Assembly: GCA_963422365.1 (NCBI GenBank)
Contig: OY729426.1
Coordinates: forward strand, 2,144,001-2,208,000
DNA from: Nitrospirales bacterium
GTDB taxonomy: Bacteria > Nitrospirota > Nitrospiria > Nitrospirales > UBA8639
DNA length: 64,000 nucleotides
Direction of reading: 5' to 3'
The notes beneath the pieces were generated by a model. The model worked only from the letters and a program-made list of their open reading frames with translations. It searched no databases and had not been told where the DNA came from. This document shows, piece after piece, positions 1-10,185 of this stretch (position 1 is the stretch's first letter; each line of letters opens with the position of its first letter). The position numbers and the translations under genes were made by a program.

Positions 1-302
1 TAATAACTGTCGGTCGGCCCTTGGTCCCCGGGATTGGTATCATGAAACACCGTGACCATAACGCCGTCTTTTTTTTCTGCTCCCGTGACCCTTGAGACAT
101 TCACAAACGTTTTCCCCTCAATCTGATTGACGATCCCTTCGGTTATACGACCCTGATACCGCCACTCATTTCCCGTTTCATCGGGAAAATAGATGCTCGC
201 ATCATGGATCACGATTGGGGTGATCTGCCCAAACCCATAACTACCCCAGCCCACGACGAGGCCTAAGACCATCAGTGCATTCACCACGGAGAATCTGACC
301 AC
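1..302 (-). CDS. Exported hypothetical protein, 5' part (runs off window start)
   Basis: Manual translation from GTG at 302 with GGAGGG RBS: MVRFSVVNALMVLGLVVGWGSYGFGQITP...YFPDETGNEWRYQG..., signal-peptide-like N-terminus, no stop before position 1. Confidence 0.7.
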   Translation of the reverse strand, partial: MVRFSVVNALMVLGLVVGWGSYGFGQITPIVIHDASIYFPDETGNEWRYQGRITEGIVNQIEGKTFVNVSRVTGAEKKDGVMVTVFHDTNPGDQGPTDSY

Positions 303-447
303 AATCCCTCCTGATTTTCTGTCTTCACACGAAGCTATTGAGATTCTTTCACCGTATCATAGCCCCCACAGCACAGCAAGATAGAGGCCTCACGATTTTT
401 TGTTGAGGTTTGCCTTGCCGCGTTTCATTCGAGATAATCATCCTGGT

Positions 448-1221
448 ATGCCCCCAGCACTCAATCACGCATCACACCAAGGTCAATTTTCTACAGGCCG
501 TTCCACCCCAACGGTGCTCGTCCTCGGAGGCTCTGGCGTCATTGGTTCCGCGGTTTGTCTTCGATTCGCGCGACAGGGGTGGAATGTCGGCGTCCATTAT
601 CACACCAATCACTGCTCCGCCGCCGACACTCTTCAAAAAATCGAACAACTCGGGCGACAGGGCAGATCGTTTCAAGCGGATATGAGTGATTCACGCCAAA
701 TTCATGCCCTCTTTGACCACGTTCAAACGGCATGGTCTGGACTCGATGCGTTTGTTTGGTCAGTGGGCCAAACCGTCAATCGCCTCACCATCCGCCTCAC
801 GCCATCCGAGTGGGAGCACATACTGCATACCAATCTCACCGGCCTCTTTCTCTGTCTTCAAAAAGGGATACCTCTTTTTTCTGAACAACACGGAGGTGCC
901 GTAACCGTGATGAGTTCTTTAAGCAGCACCTGGGCCGGAGCGGGGCAAGCAGCCTATGCGGCTTGCAAAGCTGGCGCCTTGGGATTAGTGAAGTCTGCGG
1001 CTCAGGAATTCGGCAATGCCAACGTCCGCATCAACGCCGTCTTTCCAGGTTGGCATCAATCGCCTCTGGCCGGAGACGCGTTTCCTCATCCGGGCCATCT
1101 CCACACCCATGTACTGGGACGCACCCCCTCGCTCGATGAAGTCACTGATTTCATCTACCGCTTGACCACAACTCAAGATATCTCCGGTCAAGTTTATAAT
1201 ATGGATAACCGGATTGGCTGA
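448..1221 (+). CDS. SDR family oxidoreductase (FabG-like)
   Basis: GGSGVIG Rossmann motif, YAACK catalytic YxxxK, RINAVFPG; directly upstream of bioD; start uncertain. Confidence 0.85.
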   Translation: MPPALNHASHQGQFSTGRSTPTVLVLGGSGVIGSAVCLRFARQGWNVGVHYHTNHCSAADTLQKIEQLGRQGRSFQADMSDSRQIHALFDHVQTAWSGLDAFVWSVGQTVNRLTIRLTPSEWEHILHTNLTGLFLCLQKGIPLFSEQHGGAVTVMSSLSSTWAGAGQAAYAACKAGALGLVKSAAQEFGNANVRINAVFPGWHQSPLAGDAFPHPGHLHTHVLGRTPSLDEVTDFIYRLTTTQDISGQVYNMDNRIG

Positions 1222-1232
1222 GGACGACAGGC

Positions 1233-1982
1233 ATGCCCAACCAGCCGCCTCAATCGCCGAAAGGCGCGTTTATTACTGGAACAGATACGAACGTTGGGAA
1301 AACCGTGGTGACTGCCGCCTTGGGCATTGCCCTGCAACAAACCGGAGGCACCGTCGGCATCCTGAAGCCTATCGAGACGGGAACCACGCAGGACGCCAGG
1401 CCATCTGTTTCCGACGGAGATCGCTACAGGGAATTATTCGCTCCTCATAAGAACGTGGATGTGCTCAGTCTCTATTGTTTTCCTTCACCCATTGTCCCAC
1501 TCGAAGCGGCACGCATCTCTCAACAGCCCATCAATGTGCAAGCCACTCTCGACGCCTACCAGACTTTTGCCGTTCAGCATGATTATATGCTGGTAGAAGG
1601 CGTCGGCGGCATTCTGGTGCCTCTGACTCAAACACAGGATGTTCGCAATCTGATTGAGCTTCTGGGCCTTCCTTGCCTTATCGTGAGTCGAACCAGCTTA
1701 GGTTCAATTAACCATACGCGATTAACCCTCATGGGACTTCATCAGGCAAGCATTCCGATTTTAGGGATTCTGCTTAATCACACCAGAACAGACAGAACCT
1801 GGGAAGAGCAGCAAGAAACGGCGTCAACCGTCAAGTTAATCCGCGAACTCAGCGAAGTGCCGGTCTTTGGCCCCCTCCCCTTTCAACCCCACCTTCACTT
1901 ACAGTGGGAAGACGGCATCACAACACTCGCGAACCATTCAATTATGCAGGACGTGACGAGGATGGTGCAGGAAAGTGACTGA
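1233..1982 (+). CDS. bioD: Dethiobiotin synthase
   Basis: FITGTDTNVGKT P-loop, KPIETG, VEGVGG, LGSINHT motifs. Confidence 0.95.
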   Translation: MPNQPPQSPKGAFITGTDTNVGKTVVTAALGIALQQTGGTVGILKPIETGTTQDARPSVSDGDRYRELFAPHKNVDVLSLYCFPSPIVPLEAARISQQPINVQATLDAYQTFAVQHDYMLVEGVGGILVPLTQTQDVRNLIELLGLPCLIVSRTSLGSINHTRLTLMGLHQASIPILGILLNHTRTDRTWEEQQETASTVKLIRELSEVPVFGPLPFQPHLHLQWEDGITTLANHSIMQDVTRMVQESD

Positions 1983-2592
1983 CAAAATCACACATTGTCT
2001 GTTCCATTTGCGAGGAATTGAGCACGGCGGAGGCTACGGCGACACCATTCGCTCCGGAGTCAACGATCTCCTCAAGGGAATCCAAGGTGATCCCTCCGAT
2101 CACGAACACCGGCAGCGAGGTGAGGGAGCGAATCTCTTGTAACCCGGCAAGACCCACGGGCGCCCTATGGGCTTCTTTGGTCGCTGTGGGAAAGAGAGGC
2201 CCGTATCCGATATAGTCCGCACCCCCCTGAGTTGCCTGTGCCACCTCTTCGGGTCGACGGGTCGAGATACCAATGATCTTCTGATGTCCCATGACTTTTC
2301 TTGCCAACTCCAAAGGAAGATCTTCTTGCCCCAAGTGCACCCCATCCGCCTCCACCGCCAGGGCTACGTCACACCGATCATTGACAATGAACAAGGCACC
2401 GAATCGAGTAGCAACCTCTCGCAATTCCTTGGCTTTGGCAAACAGGTCTTGCAAAGATCCGGTTTTATTTCGATATTGAAACACCTGGATACCACACCCG
2501 ACTGCCAACTCCAAGACATGCGACAAATGACGCTTGGGAGCCCACTGCTCATCCAACAACAGATACACGCCGAAAAGGGAAGGATGGGACAC
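1942..2592 (-). CDS. thiE: Thiamine-phosphate synthase
   Basis: QYRNK, IVNDRCDVALAVEADGVHLGQED, ADYIGYGP, TATK, IGGI motifs; convergent 41-bp overlap with bioD. Confidence 0.95.
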   Translation of the reverse strand: MSHPSLFGVYLLLDEQWAPKRHLSHVLELAVGCGIQVFQYRNKTGSLQDLFAKAKELREVATRFGALFIVNDRCDVALAVEADGVHLGQEDLPLELARKVMGHQKIIGISTRRPEEVAQATQGGADYIGYGPLFPTATKEAHRAPVGLAGLQEIRSLTSLPVFVIGGITLDSLEEIVDSGANGVAVASAVLNSSQMEQTMCDFVSHFPAPSSSRPA

Positions 2593-2610
2593 AGGATATG
2601 AGATGAAACC

Positions 2611-3960
2611 CTAAAGCCTACTGCTGGCTAAGAACCGATCGAGAAAATTCGTAGACACTCCACCTTTTTGAAAGTCGGGATCGCTCAAGATGAGTCGTTG
2701 CAGCGGAATCGTCGTTTTTATCCCTTCCACGGTAAACTCCTCAAGTGCGCGTTGCGCCCGAGCAAGGGCGTCCTCACGATCTTGTCCATGCGCAATCAAT
2801 TTGGCGATCATGGAATCGTAATGTGGATGGACCTGGCCCATCGCTTCTAAGGCCGTATCCACTCGAATCCCCGCCCCTCCGGGAACATGAAATCCTGACA
2901 CCACGCCAGGACTCGGGACGAAGGTCTCTGAGCACTCGGCGTTGATTCGACATTCGATACTGTGACCATTCAACTGAATATCCTTCTGTCGAAATCGTAA
3001 CGGCACTCCAGCGGCCACACGGATTTGTTCTTTGATGAGATCAAGCCCGGTCACCATTTCGGTGACTGGATGTTCGACTTGGATCCGTGTATTGACTTCC
3101 ATGAAATAAAATTTTCGATTTTGATCGAGCAAAAATTCCACGGTTCCCGCATTTCGATATTGCACGGCTTTGACAACTTTGAGGGCAACTTTCCCCATTT
3201 CCTGTCTTAACGAGTCATCCACGACAGGAGACGGGGATTCCTCCACCAACTTTTGGTAGCGGCGCTGAATCGAACAGTCTCGCTCTCCCAAGTGAACCGC
3301 ATGCCCGTGTTCATCAGCCAACACTTGAATTTCGATATGCCAGGGATCACTAAAATACTTTTCAAGATAGACCCCATCGTGGTCAAACCCTGTTCTCGCT
3401 TCGACCTGGGCCGACAGAATCGCCTTCCCTAACTCGGCTTCGCGGCTGACGACCCGCATGCCGCGTCCTCCTCCTCCAGCCGACGCCTTCACCATGACCG
3501 GGTATCCAAGCTTGTCAGCAAGTTGCACGGCATGATCAAGATTGCGGATCTCGCCTTCGCTACCTGGCATGACGGGAATCCCATGCCGGAGCATGGTTGC
3601 TCGCGCCTTGGACTTATCACCCAACAGGGCAATATGCTCGGAGGTCGGCCCGATGAAGGTGAGGCCGATTGATTCACAGACTTCGGCAAAATGCGCATTC
3701 TCTGCGAGAAACCCATATCCAGGATGGATCGCATCAGCCCCGGTGATTTCTGCCGCGCTCAACACATTGGGAATATTCCGATAGCTCAATGCACTGTCGG
3801 CCGGTCCAATGCACACGTGCTCATCCGCGTAACGTACGGGCAGAGAACGCGCATCGGCTTCAGAGTAGACGGCTACTGTCTCAATTCCCATCTCTCGACA
3901 GGCACGGATAATTCGAAGGGCAATTTCTCCACGATTGGCAATTAAAATTTTTTTGAACAC
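2611..3960 (-). CDS. accC: Acetyl-CoA carboxylase, biotin carboxylase subunit
   Basis: [65 protein letters not shown]. Confidence 0.97.
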   Translation of the reverse strand: MFKKILIANRGEIALRIIRACREMGIETVAVYSEADARSLPVRYADEHVCIGPADSALSYRNIPNVLSAAEITGADAIHPGYGFLAENAHFAEVCESIGLTFIGPTSEHIALLGDKSKARATMLRHGIPVMPGSEGEIRNLDHAVQLADKLGYPVMVKASAGGGGRGMRVVSREAELGKAILSAQVEARTGFDHDGVYLEKYFSDPWHIEIQVLADEHGHAVHLGERDCSIQRRYQKLVEESPSPVVDDSLRQEMGKVALKVVKAVQYRNAGTVEFLLDQNRKFYFMEVNTRIQVEHPVTEMVTGLDLIKEQIRVAAGVPLRFRQKDIQLNGHSIECRINAECSETFVPSPGVVSGFHVPGGAGIRVDTALEAMGQVHPHYDSMIAKLIAHGQDREDALARAQRALEEFTVEGIKTTIPLQRLILSDPDFQKGGVSTNFLDRFLASSRL

Positions 3961-3987
3961 GGGTTTTCCTCGTGGAGCGAACGAGAT

Positions 3988-4458
3988 TCAAGCAACGGGG
4001 AGCGGATCAATGACAAACAAGGGTTGTCCATATTCAACCCCTGCCTCACTCTCAACCAATACTTTGACGATTCGACCATCAACTTCGGATTCGATTTCGT
4101 TCATCAGTTTCATGGCTTCGACAATGCACAAGACTTGACCTCTGCTCACCACGTCTCCTTCTTCCACATACGGCTCGGCATCAGGCGACAATGACCGATA
4201 AAACGTCCCGACAATAGGCGAGGTGACCGTCAACAATCCAGACGAATCCATTTTTGCGGACTCTGCGATCGCTTCAGGTGCTTGACGGGGCTCTGGGGCG
4301 GGAGAGGGCACTGGCACACTCGAGGGATGCACCATGGCAATGGATTCCCGTCGTACCCGGATGTGCAAATCCCCACGTTCAACCTCAATCTCGGTCAAAT
4401 TCTGCTCATTCAGAATTTCAACCAGTTCCTGAATCTCTTGTCGTTGTTCGCTTTTCAT
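3988..4458 (-). CDS. accB: Biotin carboxyl carrier protein
   Basis: SPIVGTFYR and EAMKLMNEIE biotinylation motif; Pro/Ala linker. Confidence 0.97.
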   Translation of the reverse strand: MKSEQRQEIQELVEILNEQNLTEIEVERGDLHIRVRRESIAMVHPSSVPVPSPAPEPRQAPEAIAESAKMDSSGLLTVTSPIVGTFYRSLSPDAEPYVEEGDVVSRGQVLCIVEAMKLMNEIESEVDGRIVKVLVESEAGVEYGQPLFVIDPLPVA

Positions 4459-4461
4459 ACA

Positions 4462-5025
4462 TCACACTCGGACGCGTTCGACATATTCTCTGGTCCGAGT
4501 ATCGACTCTAACCACCTCACCAATCCCCAGATACAACGGCACCTTAATAGTCGCTCCCGTCTCAACCATCGCGGGCTTCGTTCCTCCCGAGGCAGTATCT
4601 CCTCGAATGCCAGGGTCGGTTTCTACGACCTCTAATTCCATAAACGTCGGCAATCTCATGGAGATGGGTCTGCTTTCGTAGAGTAACATTTCCACTGTCG
4701 TGTTTTCTTTGAGCAGATCTGCATTGTCTCCAAGTTGGTCTTTTTCATAGGTACACTGTTCATAGGACGAGGTATCCATAAACGTGTAGGCATCACCAAC
4801 TGAATAGAGAAACTGCATTTCGCATTCGTCTAAATCCGGTTCATCAAATTTTTCACCTGACCGAAATGTCTTTTCCAGAACCTGCCCGGTTTTTAAATTC
4901 TTCAACTTGGTCCGAACAAACGCACCGCCTTTGCCAGGTTTCACATGTTGAAATTCCACAATAGAATACGGCATCCTCCCCAACTCCATCCGAGCACCAT
5001 TTCGAAATTCTGCAGTTGAAATCAC
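4462..5025 (-). CDS. efp: Translation elongation factor P
   Basis: HVKPGKGGAFVRTK, PGIRGDTASGGTKPA, VDTRT.EY. Confidence 0.98.
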   Translation of the reverse strand: MISTAEFRNGARMELGRMPYSIVEFQHVKPGKGGAFVRTKLKNLKTGQVLEKTFRSGEKFDEPDLDECEMQFLYSVGDAYTFMDTSSYEQCTYEKDQLGDNADLLKENTTVEMLLYESRPISMRLPTFMELEVVETDPGIRGDTASGGTKPAMVETGATIKVPLYLGIGEVVRVDTRTREYVERVRV

Positions 5026-5159
5026 GATTCATATATCCTTTCTCTATTCGCTCTCTCATGAATGGATCCAGGTAGCTTCCTGAACGGCCCTCCCTTGCTA
5101 TCCTCCTCCGGGAGGCTCAGGACAAGCACTGATCTCCAGGCCCCTGTCCTGTCTATTGG

Positions 5160-5227
5160 CAGCACGCCCTCTCATGGCGCTCTCTTTACAGGCTGCATAT
5201 ACAGGCTGCATAAGATGCAGCCGCTCC
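5160..5227. repeat. REP-like hairpin doublet (GCATAAGATGC-core family)
   Basis: GGCTGCATAAGATGCAGCC at 5204-5222 matches GGCCGCATAAGATGCGGCC at 24274-24292 with paired compensatory changes; degenerate partner upstream. Confidence 0.5.
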
Positions 5228-5319
5228 ATTGCAAGAGTGGCTTCTCAGCACGCTTCATGCCCAACGGTCCCAGGGCATCCTGCCCCCTTTGTTGTAACCC
5301 CTTTCTGGTCATTCTGCTC

Positions 5320-5772
5320 TCAGCGCCTGTGCTGAGCCCTTCTGACATGGTCAATGACCGCCCGAACCCCGAGTTGATAACTCAACGCCCCAAAACCACT
5401 GATTTGGCCAAGAGCCACCCCAGCCAGATAGGAATGTTGGCGAAATTCCTCACGTTGGTGAAGATTCGACAAATGCACTTCAACGGTCGGCAACGTGACA
5501 CTCAATATGGCATCACGAAGGGCCACACTGGTATGCGTATAGGCAGCAGGATTGATCACAATCGCATCAAACTGGCCTCGGGCTTCTTGAATCCACGACA
5601 CCAATTCTCCTTCGCTATTTGAGTGCTTTGCCTCAAGGGTCACACCTTCAGTCTTCGCCAATTCCATGAGTTCAACATTGATAGCGTGAAGGGTCTGCTC
5701 CCCGTACATCTCCTGCTCGCGGACACCAAGCATATTGAGATTAGGCCCATGCAACACTAAGATCCGGATCAT
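5320..5772 (-). CDS. aroQ: Type II 3-dehydroquinate dehydratase
   Basis: [43 protein letters not shown]. Confidence 0.97.
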   Translation of the reverse strand: MIRILVLHGPNLNMLGVREQEMYGEQTLHAINVELMELAKTEGVTLEAKHSNSEGELVSWIQEARGQFDAIVINPAAYTHTSVALRDAILSVTLPTVEVHLSNLHQREEFRQHSYLAGVALGQISGFGALSYQLGVRAVIDHVRRAQHRR

Positions 5773-5884
5773 GAAAACGTTCTGTCAGTGTTTGATGAAG
5801 AAATGAATGCTCTAGGCGAGGAAAGGACCATCACACTAAAACTCAATCACCGAGCAGGCTTACATGCGTGACATGGAAAGGATT

Positions 5885-7411
5885 CTAACAAGGCGAGGGA
5901 TTCCGGTCAATGGCACTGTTTCTACCCTTTGCTGATGCCACTTTTTGAGACAAGACGCGCCGAAGCTCCACCATTCCCAGTGTATCCCGCGCGCAATAGG
6001 AATGAAGAGCCGATGCCACACGTTGCCGCTCAACCCAATCGGTCACAGCAAACATCATTCGAGTGTACATCGCCGACGCAGTTGCGCCATCCTTGATTTC
6101 CAAATCTCCATAATCTAATGACGGCACAAGGGCAGGCAGCACGGATTTCATTGAAAATGACCCCTGAAAATCAGGATGGTAATAATGGGTTTGAAGCACC
6201 AGCAAGAGATCCCAGAGGCGCTCCCCTACTCGAAGCAAATCTTTTCGCAAGTGAGGCACGGCTTCGGCCAATGACTTCACGATGGAGTGTTCAGACTCAG
6301 AGTAGACGCAGATACTGCCTTCCTCTCCGACAGATTCCAGCAGGCTCATCGCGATTTCTTCACGTGGATTGTTTTGTTCCGTACATAAATAAGCGGTATG
6401 CTGCAAAGCCCCGTCTTTCATTTCCGTATGGTTCGACCATTGAATCGGGACAGGCTGATAGGGATGAGTGCGCGCATACAGAGGAATCGCGGGCATCACA
6501 GTCTCAAAATCCAAATGATGGACGGGATAACGGACGGATTGAAGCACCTCCGCCAACTGTGGCGAGATCCATTCCACATTCTCCCGCATGCGACGTTGGA
6601 TGTGGGTCAGAGAAACCTGAGAAGGAATCTCATCGATCGTTTCAATCCCTTGTCGACTCAACCGACGCACGACGTCTTTCCCACCGGGCAAATAATAAAT
6701 CCACCGTGTCGGTTTGGAAGCCGTACAATGCAACCAGAACGGGCATTCATAGGGAGAGTGGCAATGATGATCCGGCTTGATGTCAGGAGCTTGGCTTTCG
6801 CCAAGCATCGAACGCATCTGCTCCAGGCGTGCAGGAATGTCCGGCAGCCTTTCTCGGATCACCTCGGTGAGGTCTTCAAGCGCAAACAATTGCTGCAGAT
6901 CGACGTCCCCTCCGGGATAGGAATACTGTCTATTGACATGCATCAAGAAAGTTCCGGCAAGCACAAGCCCATTTCCTTGGAGCACGTGGGTTTGCACCGC
7001 CAGATCGTTAAGATGCACGGATTTCACACGTGAGGCGGCTTTCACTTCAATCAACCTCCATGAACAATCAACCCGTTCAAGCACATCGACCCGAACCAAT
7101 GTGCCTTCAAATTGAAAGGCTCCCTCGAAAATGGCGGTCACACTCGGATCGGCCATCAGGGCAGTCGTCTTTTCCAACGCAGCAGGAGAATGACGATGGC
7201 TCTCGGTAACCAATACTCCACCCGAAAAATACTGGTGCGCAATTTCATTAATTTTTTTTCCCATATCCAACATGACCTGGCGTCGCGCATCACTATCCGT
7301 AGCCAAATGAGGGGCATGGAACTCCAAATACAACCGTTTATGGCATTGGAGGCCAGAGAGAAACCTGGATTTGGAAAGACGAGGGGGGTAGCGAGGTGTC
7401 CAGCTTGTCAT
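5885..7411 (-). CDS. DUF2779-type protein: Cas4/RecB-like PD-(D/E)xK nuclease domain fused to RNase H-like/DEDD domain
   Basis: LSKSRF..GLQCHKRL, DVLE...IEVK, C..PYECPFWLHC, LDFET, SFSMKSVLPAL, YCARD. Confidence 0.8.
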   Translation of the reverse strand: MTSWTPRYPPRLSKSRFLSGLQCHKRLYLEFHAPHLATDSDARRQVMLDMGKKINEIAHQYFSGGVLVTESHRHSPAALEKTTALMADPSVTAIFEGAFQFEGTLVRVDVLERVDCSWRLIEVKAASRVKSVHLNDLAVQTHVLQGNGLVLAGTFLMHVNRQYSYPGGDVDLQQLFALEDLTEVIRERLPDIPARLEQMRSMLGESQAPDIKPDHHCHSPYECPFWLHCTASKPTRWIYYLPGGKDVVRRLSRQGIETIDEIPSQVSLTHIQRRMRENVEWISPQLAEVLQSVRYPVHHLDFETVMPAIPLYARTHPYQPVPIQWSNHTEMKDGALQHTAYLCTEQNNPREEIAMSLLESVGEEGSICVYSESEHSIVKSLAEAVPHLRKDLLRVGERLWDLLLVLQTHYYHPDFQGSFSMKSVLPALVPSLDYGDLEIKDGATASAMYTRMMFAVTDWVERQRVASALHSYCARDTLGMVELRRVLSQKVASAKGRNSAIDRNPSPC

Positions 7412-7652
7412 AGATGAATGTTCTTCAAGGACAGCCCTGCATTCGTGGTGAACGTAGGGACGGCATGGGTCTTTCGTGAGCCTTGACAACGGTGGAAAAG
7501 CCTGATTTGTTGCAACAAGTTCCTCACAATAACTCTCCATTCAGAAACCATGATTCGGGAAGTTTTGGAATGTTCAAGCAAATGGCTGAATGAATGGTGG
7601 ATTATAAGTCGAGGGGGAAAAGAAACAAAATTTTGGAACAAGTTTATCATTC

Positions 7653-8840
7653 TCATAGGAGAGCCACGGCCACGGTATCGGCATAACGAATGCCCAAATC
7701 GGTCAATTTTACTTGTCCCTGACTCTCCACTCGCAACAAGCCTTCTTTGCGTAATTGATGAATCGTTGAAAACAGGACAGTCTTGTTACGACTCTCTGTG
7801 AATTGTGTCAGGACGGAAATTCCGGATAATAGCCGCAACCCCCATATGACACGTTCACGGTCTGCCTGGTCATGGGACAAACACGTTATCTCATCCAATG
7901 GCAATATTCCTTCCTTCAAGGAATCTGCATACCATTCTAAACTGGCCCCATTTCCAAACCGAACGTGATCAAGGCAGGATTGAGCACTCGGACCAAGTCC
8001 AAGATAGGCTTGGGCTTGCCAATACCGCATATTATGCCGACACGCATAGCCAGGCTGACAATAATTAGAAATTTCATATCGCTCAAATCCTGCGACGGCC
8101 AAACATTCGACCGCGATCTCTTCCAATGCGACCTGAAAGTCCTCGTCAGGCTCTGATCCATTTCCCCGAATAAACTCTCGATGAAAGGGCGAACCCTCTT
8201 CTAAGGTGTAGGCATAACAGGAAAGATGCGTGGGTGATAGGGCAAGAGCCTCTTCTAATGTCCGTTGCCACGATTCTACCGACTGCCCGGGGAATCCAAA
8301 CAACAGATCAAGTGAAATATTCGTAAAGCCCACAGACCGAGCCCAAGAGATGGCTTGCCTCACCCCTCCTCCAAAGGCCCGTCCTCCCAATGCTCGGAGT
8401 TCATTCTGATCAAACGATTGCCCTCCCACACTCAGTCGCGTAAATCCGGCTTGCCGGAGTGCTCCAAGACCCTCTGGAGTAACAGTCCCCGGATGAACTT
8501 CTATGGACACTTCAGCATCGTTCTCCACCACAAACCAACGCCGAATGGCGTTCAAGACCTGGATGAGTTGTTGCGGGGTTAAAGTCGTCGGGGTTCCCCC
8601 GCCGAAATAAATCGTGTGAACAGGGATATTGCGGAGTCCCACATCACGGGCATACAGGTAGAGTTCTTGATCCAAACCTCGCAAGAACTTTTGAACGCGA
8701 TTCTCACGGTGCCTCTCCATATAAAACGCGCAAAACCGACAACGCATCCGGCAAAAAGGGACATGCACGTAAAGGCCCAGATTCTCTGTTTGAATCTGGC
8801 CAAGCGTGTTTTGAAAATCAGCACGTGAAACTGCCGTCAT
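7653..8840 (-). CDS. hemW: Radical SAM heme chaperone (HemN-like)
   Basis: YVHVPFCRMRCRFC (CxxxCxxC), GGGTPT, YEISNY, HNMRYW. Confidence 0.85.
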   Translation of the reverse strand: MTAVSRADFQNTLGQIQTENLGLYVHVPFCRMRCRFCAFYMERHRENRVQKFLRGLDQELYLYARDVGLRNIPVHTIYFGGGTPTTLTPQQLIQVLNAIRRWFVVENDAEVSIEVHPGTVTPEGLGALRQAGFTRLSVGGQSFDQNELRALGGRAFGGGVRQAISWARSVGFTNISLDLLFGFPGQSVESWQRTLEEALALSPTHLSCYAYTLEEGSPFHREFIRGNGSEPDEDFQVALEEIAVECLAVAGFERYEISNYCQPGYACRHNMRYWQAQAYLGLGPSAQSCLDHVRFGNGASLEWYADSLKEGILPLDEITCLSHDQADRERVIWGLRLLSGISVLTQFTESRNKTVLFSTIHQLRKEGLLRVESQGQVKLTDLGIRYADTVAVALL

Positions 8841-9066
8841 AGCCTAGAATCCTTCCATCATTGCTGGAAGTGTAATCCTGAATCATTCCGCACTCAACGA
8901 CAAAAACCACAACTCAAATCCCGCGACATCTATCTACTCCGGCTAGCCAAGACATTCTGGATCCTTGCCACTCTTTCGCACGACAATGTCGCGTCATTGC
9001 AGAATCGAATGCCGCGCAGTACATTTACGCATCAAAAAACAACGTGTCATATTTGGAGATTTACCT

Positions 9067-10074
9067 ATGAACCACCCTACTCCTGAGAAAATCATGCACC
9101 TGGGCATGGCATTTTGGGGATCCAAGACCCTGTTAAGTGCCGTCGAACTCGACGTGTTCACAATTGTGGCAAAAGGGCCGATGGATGCCCCAACCTTACG
9201 AAAACAACTTGGCCTACATGAGCGAAGTGCCTTGGATTTTTTTGATGCGTTGGTTGCGTTGGGCATGCTGGAGCGACACGATGGCCTTTATTCCAATACA
9301 CCGGAGACAGACTCCTATCTTGATAAAGCGAAGCCGTCGTATATTGGTGAATTCCTGGCAATGGCAAACAGACGGTTGTACCGATTTTGGGGGTCACTGA
9401 CCGAAGGGTTGAAAACCGGTCGCCCCCAAAACGAAGCCAAAAACGGAGGAAACTTTTTTGAAACCCTCTATGGCGACCCTGCCAGACTGACGAGTTTTAT
9501 GCAATCCATGACCGCCATGAGCATGGGCAGCAGCAAAGCCATTGCCCAAAAATTTCCGTGGAAGGATTATCGAACCTTAATCGATATTGGCTCGGCTCAA
9601 GGTGGGTTAGTAGTCGAAGTCGGCAAAGCGTATCCGCATATAACGGGGGGAGGGTTCGACCTACCTGCCACGGGACCCATTTTTGAAGAATATGTGGAAT
9701 CATGTGGACTGCGTGATCGATTCAAATTTATCCCCGGCGACATCTTTGCCGATCAACTCCCTGCTGCCGATGTGCTCTCCATGGGTCACATCCTGCACGA
9801 TTGGGACTTGGACCAAAAAAAGACCTTGCTCAAAAAAGCCTATGACGCCTTGCCCAGCGGAGGGGCCTTGCTTGTCTTTGAATCGCTCATTGACGACGAA
9901 CGCCGAGAGAATGCCTTTGGTCTCTTGATGAGTCTCAATATGCTCATTGAGCTCCCAGGAGGATTTGACTATACAGGGGCAGATTGCCGCGGATGGATGA
10001 AAGAAGCTGGGTTTCGGGAAACTCGGGTTGAACACCTAGCCGGTCCCGATTCCATGGTCATCGGACTCAAGTAA
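9067..10074 (+). CDS. SAM-dependent O-methyltransferase (ASMT/Methyltransf_2-like with dimerisation domain)
   Basis: DIGSAQG, FDLP, GDIF, GHILHDW, SLNML; GGAG RBS before ATG 9067. Confidence 0.88.
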   Translation: MNHPTPEKIMHLGMAFWGSKTLLSAVELDVFTIVAKGPMDAPTLRKQLGLHERSALDFFDALVALGMLERHDGLYSNTPETDSYLDKAKPSYIGEFLAMANRRLYRFWGSLTEGLKTGRPQNEAKNGGNFFETLYGDPARLTSFMQSMTAMSMGSSKAIAQKFPWKDYRTLIDIGSAQGGLVVEVGKAYPHITGGGFDLPATGPIFEEYVESCGLRDRFKFIPGDIFADQLPAADVLSMGHILHDWDLDQKKTLLKKAYDALPSGGALLVFESLIDDERRENAFGLLMSLNMLIELPGGFDYTGADCRGWMKEAGFRETRVEHLAGPDSMVIGLK

Positions 10075-10185
10075 CCTTGTCGTCTCTGACTTTCACAATA
10101 GTCGCGGCCTGCTGAAAAAAGCCGGAATCGTTTTGGTACCGACCCCCAGTCCGCGTTCGGATGAAATGTCCGCTCCTCCCTCACT

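Noticed and set aside
6118..7033. Plus-strand ORFs of 220 and 211 aa
   Set aside because: Antisense to the motif-bearing DUF2779 gene.
5885..7411. CRISPR-Cas locus suggested by Cas4-like motifs
   Set aside because: No array or other cas gene in the window.
10100..10125. GGCCTGCTGAAAAA resembling an IS terminal repeat
   Set aside because: No partner inverted repeat or transposase found by eye.
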